From: Octopus sinensis
Taxonomy: Eukaryota
DNA: 64,000 nucleotides
NCBI RefSeq assembly: GCF_006345805.1
Contig: NC_043025.1
Coordinates: 15,872,001-15,936,000 of the forward strand
Direction of reading: 5' to 3'
This document shows, one piece after another, positions 53,117 to 64,000 of the stretch. Within the stretch, counting starts at the first letter, position 1, and every line of letters begins with the position of its first letter. The notes beneath the pieces are model-generated. The model did not search any database. It was not told where the DNA came from and saw nothing but the letters and a program-made list of their open reading frames with translations. The translations under genes and the position numbers were made by a program.

Positions 53117-53528
53117 AGGCGGAGAGCTGGCAGAAACGTTAGCACAAAATGCTTAGCAGTATTTCGTCTGCCGTTATGTTCTGAGTTCAAATTCCGCCGA
53201 GGTCGACTTTACCTTTCATCCTTTTGGGGTCGATTAAATAAGTACCAGTTACACATTGGGGTGGATATAATCAACTTAATCCTTTTGTCTGTCTTTGTTT
53301 GTCCCCTCTGTGTTTAGCCCCTTGTGGGTAGTAAGGAAATAGGTATTTCGTCTGCCGTTATGTTCTGAGTTCAAATTCCGCCGAGGTGGACTTTGCCTTT
53401 CATCCTTTTGGGGTCGATTAAATAAGTACCAGTTACACATTGGGGTGGATATAATCAACTTAATCCCTTTGTCTGTCTTTGTTTGTCCCCTCTATGTTTA
53501 GCCCCTTGTGGGTAGTAAAGAGATAAGA
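53117..53528 (+). mobile_element. tRNA-derived SINE with ~185-bp internal tandem duplication
   Basis: TGGCAGAAACG and GAGTTCAAATTCC boxes; body plus tail GCCCCTTGTGGGTAGTAA present twice. Confidence 0.85.
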
Positions 53529-54443
53529 AACACCATGGTTGAAACAAGAACAAGAACAACAAATATTCTTAAAAGAGAAAAGAAACATGGTCATCCCTTA
53601 CCCAAGGGACCTTATCTTATCGCCCATCACTTGTTATGCACTCATAAATTAAATTGGTTGTATGCAAATGAGTTCATAACTGGGGTCTGGTTGGCTGGCT
53701 GCTGTGCATTTGTGCTGGTTGCCGTTGCCATGGCATGAGTTTTTGGACCACAAAGTTTTCCACCTCAAAATAGGGATAAACGAGTCCTGCCAGGTGGAGT
53801 GGCAGTTCTCAGCAGCACACCACAGTTATTACCATGAGGCGTGGCTGAGTACCCCACTTGTCCTGGGGTAAGTGGACCATCGACCCTTCCCCTCCATCTA
53901 CACTGCTTTACCTCACATTTTCTCTTCCTTTTCTCTCTTTTTATTTCTTGGAACTTTTCAATCTGTCCGACAGATTTTTTAAATAATTTTTTTTTAACTA
54001 AACACTTTGAAACTTTGGAAACTGGTAAAACAAAGTTTACTCTTAACGTTTTTGACAAAATTTTTGTATTTTAGAAGTTATTTTGTGTTAAAGTTGTCGT
54101 ATTTGGGTAATTTAAACCAATCAATGACGTGTATTCAGCTGAAGAAAATTACTGCTGCTGTTTGTGAACAACAACTTCTGGGTCCACTCCCCTAACAAAA
54201 CCCTTCTTTAATAACCAGAGGTGTTTTTATAGCAACATAGGTTGTGATTGCACGACCTGCTAGAAAAAGTAGCCCATCATATATTACATAGAAAGAAGCC
54301 CATCGTATATTATATATATATATGTCTGTGTTTGTCCACTGTCCCCGTTTGACAACCGATGCTGATATGTTTACATCCCTTTAACTTAGTGGTTCGGCAA
54401 AAGAGATTGATAGAATAAGTACTGCTTGTTAATCATTAATCAT

Positions 54444-56720
54444 TGTTGGCATCCTTTTTGTCTCGGGAGAAAATGGAGTTGCGCATAAAGTAGTCCAGTC
54501 CGGCTTTTACATTTCATGTCCTGATACATTTCCTGCTGTGGCTGTGTAGTCCTATCCTGGACAAACACTCCCTCCGGCAGGCACCGCAAATGTAGCGAAG
54601 ACTTTGCCTGGCTGGTTGTAACGTCATAGTTTCTTGTTGACATATTTTCTTGTAGTTCCATTTCTCCTCTCTCTGTCACTCCCTCTTTTACGGTACGTCG
54701 ACAATCTCCACGGTTGCTGGCAACTGCTTGACAGTTGGTAATATTGATGTTGCAGGCATTTATAACCCTTTTGCAAACATCCTTGTAACGTAAGAGCGGT
54801 CTTCCCACAGACCTAGTGCCCCTAGCAAGCTCTCCGTAGAATATGTCCTTGGGGATTCTGCCATCTTGAATACGGCTAACATGTCCAAGCCATCTCATAC
54901 GTGTGAGGACTGCAAACATGCTTAGTATTCCTGCTTGCTTGAGGACATCTTTGTTGGGGAGATGGTTATGCCATCTGATGCGAAGGATTTTCCGGAGGCA
55001 GCGCAAATGAAATATATTTAGGCGACGCTCTTGGCGTGTGAATGGCGTCCAAGTCTCACTTCCATACAGTAGAGTGCTAAGTACACATGCCTGGTAAATC
55101 TTCATTTTTGTGTTCTTGGTCAGCTTAATGTTGACCCATGCTCGTTTCGAGAGTTGGGCCATCACAGCAGCTGCCTTGCCAATGCGTATATTGAGCTCAA
55201 CATCAAGGGATAGGTTGTAGGTGACGGTAGAGCCAAGATAGGTAAATGTCTCCACCTCCTGTAATCTGTGGTCTCCAATATGTGTGTTTCGGATGTCCGG
55301 AGTAGCCTGACCCATGATGTTGGTCTTCTTGAGGCTGATAGCTAAGCCAAAATCGTTACATGCCTGCTCACAACAGCTGATGAGCCTTTTTAGGGCTTCT
55401 TCTGTGTGTGATACCAGAGCAGCATCATCAGCAAATAGCATCTCCTTGATCAGGATGCTTCTTATTTTGGTCTTGCCACGCAGGCGTGAGAGATTGAACA
55501 GTTTCCCGTCACTTCTACTCTGCAGAAACACTCCATCATCTGATGTCTGAAAGGCATGTGAGAGCAGCAGCGAGAAGAAGATGCCAAATAATGTAGGAAC
55601 AAGGACACAACCTTGCTTTACCCCATTTTTTATTTGGAAAGCGGCTGATGTTGAACCATTGTGCTGTATGGTTCCTTGCATATCATCATGGAAAGATTTG
55701 ATGATCCTCAGCAGCTTTGGTGGACATCTGTTTTTTTGGAGCAGGATGAAGAGGCCTTTTCTACTTACCAAGTCAAAGGCCTTTGTCAGATCAATGAAGG
55801 CCATATATAATGGCATTTCTGCTCTCTGGACTTCTGAAGTTGGCGTATGGAGAATATCATGTCAATAGTTGATCAGCTTCTTCTAAAGCCACACTGCGAT
55901 TCCGGATAGATTCGAGAAGCAAGTAGTTGTAGCCTGGCCAGGATAACGCGAGCAAAGGTCTTTCCAACAGTGCTTAGAAGAGATATTCCACAGTAATTGT
56001 TACAATCACCACGGTCACCTTTGTTTTTGTAAAGCGTAATGATGTTAGCATCCCGCATATCCTGAGGGACTGTACCCTCTTCCCAGCACTGACACAGAAT
56101 CTCATGAAGGTGCCGAAGCAGGATAGTGTTTTTGCCGGCTTTGATGATCTCTGAGGGGATGCCCTCTTTTCCTGGAGCCTTGTTACTTGCTAGGGAGTCA
56201 ATAGCCTTGGTGAGCTCTGCTATAGATGGTGGACTGTGAAGTTCTCACATGACTGGCAAGATCTTGACACTCTCGATTGCAGCCTCAGCTACTGTAGTCT
56301 CCCGTGAGTAGAGATCCTGGTAGTGCTCCACCCATCTATCCATTTGCTTGCTTTGATCCCTGATGAGATCTCCAGTAGTTGATTTCAGAGGGGCTGACTT
56401 GGTTGCGGATGGACCGAGGGCCTTCTTCAAACCGGAATACTTCCCACGGGTGTCGCCCCTGTCAGCAGCTGACTGGATACTCTGACAGATTTCCTGCCAA
56501 TACCTATTTGCACAGCGTCTGGCTGTCAGTTGGGTTTTATTTCTTGCCTTTCTGAGTTCTTCGAGTGACTTTGTAGAAGAGTCACTCTTGTATTGCATCA
56601 GAGCTGCACGCTTTGCTTCGATAACTGGCTCCAGCTCTGAGAGCCCAGCATTGAACCAATCTGGGTTTTGCCTTTCTCTCATGCCGAAAGTATCCATTGA
56701 TGTGGTATACAAAGCTTCCC
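54444..56720 (-). mobile_element. BovB-like RTE LINE, 5'-truncated, 19-bp TSD
   Basis: FIDLTKAFD, GVKQGCVL, MLFADD, LLYGSETW in ORF 54440-55816; CGAGAC..AAGGATGCC end; CTTGTTAATCATTAATCAT at 54425-54443 and 56721-56739. Confidence 0.93.
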
Positions 56721-56894
56721 CTTGTTAATCATTAATCATAATAATACTTTTATTGTAGCTTTTAATTTTGTTGATAAAAATAAATGAGTATTGTACGTAT
56801 TTTCTTTTTAACTGTTGACTTATTTTTGCACCACTCTGTATAATCATGTGACTTATTATACTCAGGTAATTAGATCTATCTATCTATCTATCTA

Positions 56895-57772
56895 TCATCA
56901 TCATTGTTTAACGTCTGCTTTCCATGCTAGCATGGGTTGGACGATTTGACTGAGAGCTGGCGAACCAGATGGCTGCACCAGGCTCCAATCTTGATCTGGC
57001 AGAGTTTCTACAGCTGGATGCCCTTCCTAACACCAACCACTCCAAGAGTGTAGTGGGTGCTTTTTACGTGCCACTGGCATGGGGGCCTTCAGGCAGTACT
57101 GGCAACAACTTTGCTCGAATCTTTTTACACATGCCACCGGCACAAGTGCCAGTAAGGCGATGCTGGTAATGATCACGCTCGAATGGTGCCTTTCACGTGC
57201 CACCGGCACAGAAGCCAGTTAGCCACTCTGGCAACGATCACACTCATATGGTGCTCTTTACACCCTGCTAGAACGGATGCCAGTCATTGAAATTGATTTT
57301 GATTTCACTTGTCTCAAGAGGTCTTCGCCAGCAGAGTTTAGTGTCCAAAGAAAGAAAAGGTACACATAAGTGGGCTGGTTACGCCCCCGGCATAGGCCAC
57401 GAGGTTATGGTCTCATTTGGCTTGCCGGGTCTTCTTGAGCACAGCATATTTCCAAAAGTCTCAGTCGCTAGTCATTTCTTTGGTGAGACCTAAAGTTTGA
57501 AGGTCGTGTTTCACCACTTCATGCCAGGTCTTCCTGGGTCTACCTCTTTCACAGGTTCCCTCAACTGCTAGGGTGTGGCACTTTTTCACACAGCTATCCA
57601 CATCCATTCTCGCCACATGACCATACCAGCGCAGTTATCTCTCTTGCACACCACAACTGATGCTTCTTAGGTCCAACATTTCTCTCAAGGTACTTACACT
57701 TTGTCGAGTATGCATACTGACATTACACATCCAGCGGAGCATATTGGCTTCATTCCTTGCGAGCTTACGCAT
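56895..57772 (-). mobile_element. 5'-truncated RTE 3' end
   Basis: Reverse complement of 19010-19870 type sequence. Confidence 0.9.
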
Positions 57773-57804
57773 ATACATACACATACATACATATATATAT
57801 ATAT

Positions 57805-57845
57805 ACTAGCATTAAAGACCCGTCGTTCCGGGTCATAGTGCTAGT
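57805..57845. other. 41-bp hairpin with CTAG at both ends (Helitron-terminus-like)
   Basis: ACTAGCA..GACCCG tcgttc CGGGTC..TGCTAGT within TA-rich tracts. Confidence 0.5.
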
Positions 57846-57989
57846 GCATATATATATGTGTATATATATGTGTACATATTACATGTACATCTATATATAT
57901 ACATCTACACATAAAATACAAAATACAAAGTTATATCTTGATATCGCTAGTGATAACAATACTCAAAATATATAACAGACTGGAATTGT

Positions 57990-58282
57990 TAGCCCATCTC
58001 TTGTAATTTCGATCAATTGTATCTTGTCCTCCCTCTTGTATAGAAGTGTGGCTACAATCCAGCCTACCTCTACTTGGGGTATTAAAAATTTTTTTGTGGG
58101 ACGTACTACGTCCCAGATATAAAGGTAAAAATAAAATATTTCCACTTTGCAAGTTCAAGTCGAGTACTCCTTTGCGCGCTCCATTGATTCGAACCTTGCT
58201 TCTATTGTGGCGAATTTACCGCCTCTGATTAGATACCTTTCATAGTCGCACCAAGACACTTTTCGAAGGTGCTTTCCTCCAT
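57990..58282 (-). pseudogene. decayed, diverged homologue of the array's Gag/ORF1-like gene
   Basis: Across frameshifts FEKCLGATMK/YLIRGGKFATIEARF../LPLYLGR..KIFNTP/QVEVGWIVATLL aligns colinearly with IEKCLGDIMG..YVSRGKKFGTVEVRC..WPSYKGR..KIPNIPPEVKTEWLATAIL. Confidence 0.75.
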
Positions 58283-58524
58283 GTGATTTTATTACTACCC
58301 ACAAGGGGCGAACATAGATGGGACAGTACAATCGGGGAACTTAAAATAAGAAAGCCAATGACAAAAAAAGGAAAAAATAATAGTAAAAAATGACATATGA
58401 AAGAATATTTACAATGAGATGTAAATGCCCACTCGATCCCCGGAATCGAGAGGTTACATTTTCGTCACATATATTTCACAATATTTTCTTTTTCCTCTTC
58501 TTTCTTCTCTCTCTTCTCACAATT

Positions 58525-59925
58525 CTATACGTATTCCATAATACCTTTCAATTCTCTAAAGTCAATCACTGAGCCCTCAGGCAGCCGCTCTCTCACTCGA
58601 ACACTCGTGTAAAATATTACACTCTCTCCGGCAGCTCTGAGGAACTCAGCGACTCTTTCTTGGGGATTAGAGCAGTCTCCTGCCACTGATCGGTCATCCT
58701 GTTGACCCATATATGTCCCTCCGTATTACATGTCAAGTCTTTCATTCAGGGCAGAAATGGAAGGTTATTAACTTGTAGTAGCAGTAATCTTGTTTCCGTC
58801 CTACGTTTTCCCTCGTTTTTCTTTTCGGGCTTATTTCTTCCTTGTTCTCCTCTCTTTGTTTCTCTCTTTCTCTCTTTTTGCTTTCTTTTCTTTCTTCTTC
58901 CTTCTCTTGTCTTTTTGGTTCTTTGTCTGTTCTCTCTTTCTCTCGTGTTTTATGTTCCTTTTCTTTTTCTTTTTGTGTGCCGTCTTTTCTTTTCGTTTGA
59001 TCTGATCTTTCTCTTGTTTTTTTCCTGTTGGTTCTTTTTCCTTTTTTTTTTCCTGACTGTTTGGTTCTTTCTATTTCTTTCTTTTCTTTTATTTCTTTTT
59101 CCTTCATTGACTTATTATTTCCTTTCTCTTGTTGTTTTGTTTCCTTTTCTATGTTTTCTTTTTCATTTACCGTATTCTTTTTTCTTCAAGTTCCTGCTCG
59201 CACTCCGCTACGAATTCGTATAACGGGCACTCTTTTTTAATGTGCCCCCTTGTCCCGCACAAGTAACAGTTTGGTTTTCTTCCTCTACAATTACACTGAG
59301 GGTTTTCTCATCTTCAATTTCTATTCTGTAGGGGAACCTTTCAATGTCCTCTTTTGTGGCCATCAAACACAGTTCTACCCCATATCCTCTCCAGTTTACC
59401 GCGTTGGACTCCTTAAAGGATTCCACCTCCACTTCCTCTTCTGCTGCTCCTAGAATAGCTGTTGCCAGCCATTCTGTTTTCACTTCTGGGGGTATATTCG
59501 GGATTTTAACCCGGACCCCTCTTCTTCCTTGTATGAGGGCCACATTATAAATGTTTCGCTCTTAGTACAGTGGTAGCCAGTGAGGCTGCAATTTCTTCCG
59601 TTGCACATCTCACCTCCACCGTACCAAATTTCTTGCCTCTACTCACGTAGGTCGATTTCCCCATTATGTCTCCCAGACATTTTTCGATTTCGGCTATCTC
59701 CACTCTTGCCAGTTTCTTCGTATTTTTGTCTTGGGTTCTATATGTCACTGTCTTGTTTTCTTTGTCCTCTTTTGCTTTCGCGGGGGGGATTAGCTTCACG
59801 CTATCACCCTCCCTTTTGAAGAGCTTTTCATATTCTTTGAGTTTACTCTTCTCAAAGAAAACATCCTTCACGATTATCGACGAATCATTATTTTTCTTTC
59901 CCGTGACCCCCGCGTAAGTCGCCAT
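58525..59925 (-). CDS. Gag/ORF1-like zinc-knuckle protein, copy 1 (frameshifted, ~466 aa reconstructed)
   Basis: ORF pieces 59545-59925, 59208-59543, 58742-59107 and 58525-58710 tile one reading. Confidence 0.7.
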
Positions 59926-60301
59926 GACTAGAGGGTCAATTCACCTTCTTCGGAAGGTTTCCACACGTGGAGGCAAACACCTCGCGCGATAATAATCAAT
60001 TTACACAACAAAATTTCACTGTCTAGTCACAGATAACAACACGTATAGCTTGGAGCCATGTGATTTTATTATTACCCACAAGGGGCGAACATAGAGAGGA
60101 CAATACAATCAGGGAACTTAAAATAAGAAAGCGAATGACAAGAAAAGGAAAAAATAAAAAGTAAAAAATGACATATGAAAGAATATTTACAATGAGATGT
60201 AAATGCCCACTCGATCCCCGGAATCGAGAGGTTACATTTTCGTCACATAATTTCACAATATTTTCTTTTTTCTCTTCTTTCTTCTCTCTCTTCTCACAAT
60301 T

Positions 60302-61698
60302 CTATACGTATTCCATAATAGCTTTCAATTCTCTAAAGTCAATCACTGAGCCCTCAGGCAGCCGCTCTCTCACTCGAACACTCGTGTAAAACATTACACT
60401 CTCTCCGGCAGCTCTGAGGAACTCAGCGACTCTTTCTTCGGGGATTAGAGCAGTCTCCTGCCACTGATCGGTCATCCTGTTGACCCATATATGTCCCTCC
60501 GTATTACATGTCAAGTCTTTCATTTCGGGGCAGAAATGGAAGGTTATTAACTTGTAGAAGCAGTAATCTTGTTTCCGTCCTACGTTTTCCTTCGTTTTTC
60601 TTTTCGGGCTTATTTCTTCCTTGTTCTCCTCTCTTTGTTTCTCTCTTTCTCTCTTTTTGCTTTCTTTTCTTTCTTCTTCCTTCTCTTGTCTTTTTGGTTC
60701 TTTGTCTGTTCTCTCTTTCTCTCGTGTTATGTTCCTTTTCTTTTTCTTTTTGTGTGCCGTCTTTTCTTTTCGTTTGATTCTGATCTTTCTCTTGTTTTTT
60801 TCTGTTGGTTCTTTTTCTTTTTTTTTTCCTGACTCTGTTTTGGTTCTATTTCTTTCTTTTCTTTTATTTCTTTTTCCTTCATTGACTTATTATTCCTTTC
60901 TCTTGTTGTTTTGTTTCCTTTTCTATGTTTTCTTTTTCATTTACCGTATTCTTCTTTTCTTCAAGTTCCTGCTCGCACTCCGCTACGAATTCGTATAACG
61001 GGCACTCTTTTTAATGTGCCCCCTTGTCCCGCACAAGTAACAGTTTGGTTTTCTTCCTCTACAATTACACTGAGGGTTTTCTCATCTTCAATTTCTATTC
61101 TGTAGGGGAACCTTTCAATGTCCTCTTTTGTGGCCATCAAACACAGTTCTACCCCATATCCTCTCCAGTTTACCGCGTTGACTCCTTAAAGGATTCCACC
61201 TCCACTTCCTCTTCTGCTGCTCCTAGAATAGCTGTTGCCAGCCATTATTTTCACTTCTGGGGGTATATTCGGGATTTTAACCCGGACCCCTCTTCTTCCC
61301 TTGTATGAGGGCCACATTATAAATGTTTCCGCTCTTAGTACAGTGGTAGCCAGTGAGGCTGCAATTTCTTCCGTTGCACATCTCACCTCCACCGTACCAA
61401 ATTTCTTGCCTCTACTCACGTAGGTCGATTTCCCCATTATGTCTCCCAGACATTTTTCGATTTCGGCTATCTCCACTCTTGCCAGTTTCTTCGTATTTTT
61501 GTCTTGGGTTCTATATGTCACTGTCTTGTTTTCTTTGTCCTCTTTTGCTTTCGCGGGGGGGATTAGCTTCACGCTATCACCCTCCCTTTTGAAGAGCTTT
61601 TCATATTCTTTGAGTTTACTCTTCTCAAAGAAAACATCCTTCACGATTATCGACGAATCATTATTTTTCTTTCCCGTGACCCCCGCGTAAGTCGCCAT
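60302..61698 (-). CDS. Gag/ORF1-like protein, copy 2 (frameshifted)
   Basis: Same N-terminus MATYAGVT and C-terminus ..RELKAIMEYV. Confidence 0.7.
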
Positions 61699-62074
61699 GA
61701 CTAGAGGGTCAATTCACCTTCTTCGGAAGGTTTCCACACGTGGAGGCAAACACCTCGCGCGATAATAATCAATTTACACAACAAAATTTCACTGTCTAGT
61801 CACAGATAACAACACGTATAGCTTGGAGCCATGTGATTTTATTATTACCCACAAGGGGCGAACATAGAGAGGACAATACAATCAGGGAACTTAAAATAAG
61901 AAAGCGAATGACAAGAAAAGGAAAAAATAAAAGTAAAAAATGACATATGAAAGAATATTTACAATGAGATGTAAATGCCCACTCGATCCCCGGAATCGAG
62001 AGGTTACATTTTCGTCACATATATTTCACAATATTTTCTTTTTTCTCTTCTTTCTTCTCTCTCTTCTCACAATT

Positions 62075-63478
62075 CTATACGTATTCCATAATAGCTTTCA
62101 ATTCTCTAAAGTCAATCACTGAGCCCTCAGGCAGCCGCTCTCTCACTCGAACACTCGTGTAAAACATTACACTCTCTCCGGCAGCTCTGAGGAACTCAGC
62201 GACTCTTTTCGGGGATTAGAGCAGTCTCCTGCCACTGATCGGTCATCCTGTTGACCCATATATGTCCCTCCGTATTACATGTCAAGTCTTTCATTTCGGG
62301 GCAGAAATGGAAGGTTATTAACTTGTAGAAGCAGTAAGTAATCTTGTTTCCGTCCTACGTTTTCCTTCGTTTTTCTTTTCGGGCTTATTTCTTCCTTGTT
62401 CTCCTCTCTTTGTTTCTCTCTTCTCTCTTTTTGCTTTCTTTTCTTTCTTCTTCCTTCTCTTGTCTTTTTGGTTCTTTGTCTGTTCTCTCTTTCTCGTGTT
62501 TTATGTTCCTTTTCTTTTTCTTTTTGTGTGCCGTCTTTTCTTTTCGTTTGATTCTGATCTTTCTCTTGTTTTTTTCCTGTTGGTTCTTTTTCCTTTTTTT
62601 TTTCCTGACTCTGTTTTGGTTCTATTTCTTTCTTTTCTTTTATTTCTTTTTCCTTCATTGACTTATTATTCCTTTCTCTTGTTGTTTTGTTCCTTTTCTA
62701 TGTTTTCTTTTTCATTTACCGTATTCTTCTTTTCTTCAAGTTCCTGCTCGCCCTCCGCTACGAATTCGTATAACGGGCACTCTTTTTTAATGTGCCCCCT
62801 TGTCCCGCACAAGTAACAGTTTGGTTTTCTTCCCTCTACAATTACACTGAGGGTTTTCTCATCTTCAATTTCTATTCTGTAGGGGAACCTTTCAATGTCC
62901 TCTTTTGTGGCCATCAAACACAGTTCTACCCCATATCCTCTCCAGTTTACCGCGTTGGACTCCTTAAAGGATTCCACCTCCACTTCCTCTTCTGCTGCTC
63001 CTAGAATAGCTGTTGCCAGCCATTCTGTTTTCACTTCTGGGGGTATATTCGGGATTTTAACCCGGACCCCTCTTCTTCCCTTGTATGAGGGCCACATTAT
63101 AAATGTTTCCGCTCTTAGTACAGTGGTAGCCAGTGAGGCTGCAATTTCTTCCGTTGCACATCTCACCTCCACCGTACCAAATTTCTTGCCTCTACTCACG
63201 TAGGTCGATTTCCCCATTATGTCTCCCAGACATTTTTCGATTTCGGCTATCTCCACTCTTGCCAGCTTCTTCGTATTTTTGTCTTGGGTTCTATATGTTA
63301 CAGTCTTGTTTTCTTTGTCCTCTTTTGCTTTCGCGGGGGGGATTAGCTTCACGCTATCACCCTCCCTTTTGAAGAGCTTTTCATATTCTTTGAGTTTACT
63401 CTTCTCAAAGAAAACATCCTTCACGATTATCGACGAATCATTATTTTTCTTTCCCGTGACCCCCGCGTAAGTCGCCAT
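62075..63478 (-). CDS. Gag/ORF1-like protein, copy 3 (first 270 aa open, 62666-63478)
   Basis: CYLCGTRGHIKKEC matches Cx2Cx4Hx4C; it follows an RRM-like alpha/beta region and precedes a K/E-rich tract. Confidence 0.8.
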
Positions 63479-64000
63479 GACTAGAGGGTCAATTCACCTT
63501 CTTCGGAAGGTTTCCACACGTGGAGGCAAACGCCTCGCGCGATATTAATCACTTTACACAACAAAATTTCAACGTCTAATCACAGATAACAACACGTATA
63601 GCTTGGAGCCGTGTGATTTTATTACTACCCACAAGGGGCGAACATAGAGGAGACAATACAATCGGGGAACTTAAAATAAGAAAGCGAATGACAAGAAAAG
63701 GAAAAAATAAAAGTAAAAAATGACATATGAAAGAATATTTACAATGAGATGTAAATGCCCACTCGATCCCCGGAATCGAGAGGTTACATTTTCGTCACAT
63801 ATATTTCACAATATTTTCTTTTTTCTCTTCTTTCTTCTCTCTCTTCTCACAATTCTATACATATTCCATAATAGCTTTCAAATCTCTAAAGTCAATCACT
63901 GAGCCCTCAGGCAGCCGCTCTCTCACTCGAACACTCGTGTAAAATATTACACTCTCTCCGGCAGCTCTGAGGAACTCAGCAACTCTTTCTTCGGGGATTA

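Larger units (their letters stand above)
58279..64000 (-). mobile_element. head-to-tail array of ~1.78-kb ORF1/Gag-only elements (58279-60055, 60056-61828, 61829-63608, partial 63609 to end)
   Basis: Periods 1777, 1773 and 1780; each unit has a short 5' UTR, one CCHC ORF, a 3' UTR and a tail; no RT or endonuclease. Confidence 0.92.

Noticed and set aside
58702-59223. Phe/Leu-rich membrane-like plus-strand ORFs, repeated in each unit
   Set aside because: Antisense of the K/E-rich purine tract

Overview
Repeat-saturated, AT-rich animal genomic DNA with no host gene that I can support. The SINE and RTE repertoire looks like octopus (inference from recalled families, not searched). From left to right: a 20-bp satellite (1-6975); a mosaic of Penelope, Helitron, SINE and RTE fragments; a 3 x ~3.7-kb tandem duplication with a recombinant junction inside RTE 3' ends; a ~100-copy 63-bp minisatellite expanded from the RTE 3' UTR; more RTE, CR1, HERO-like and R4/Dong-like relics; a BovB-like RTE with a 19-bp TSD; and a head-to-tail array of ~1.78-kb units at 58279 to the window end. 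Each unit of that array encodes only a Gag/ORF1-like CCHC protein. The array abuts a decayed homologue of its own ORF and shares its 3' tail with a local SINE. About a dozen atypical minimal hammerhead-like motifs from at least five sequence families are also present. All calls were made by eye, and many boundaries are approximate.
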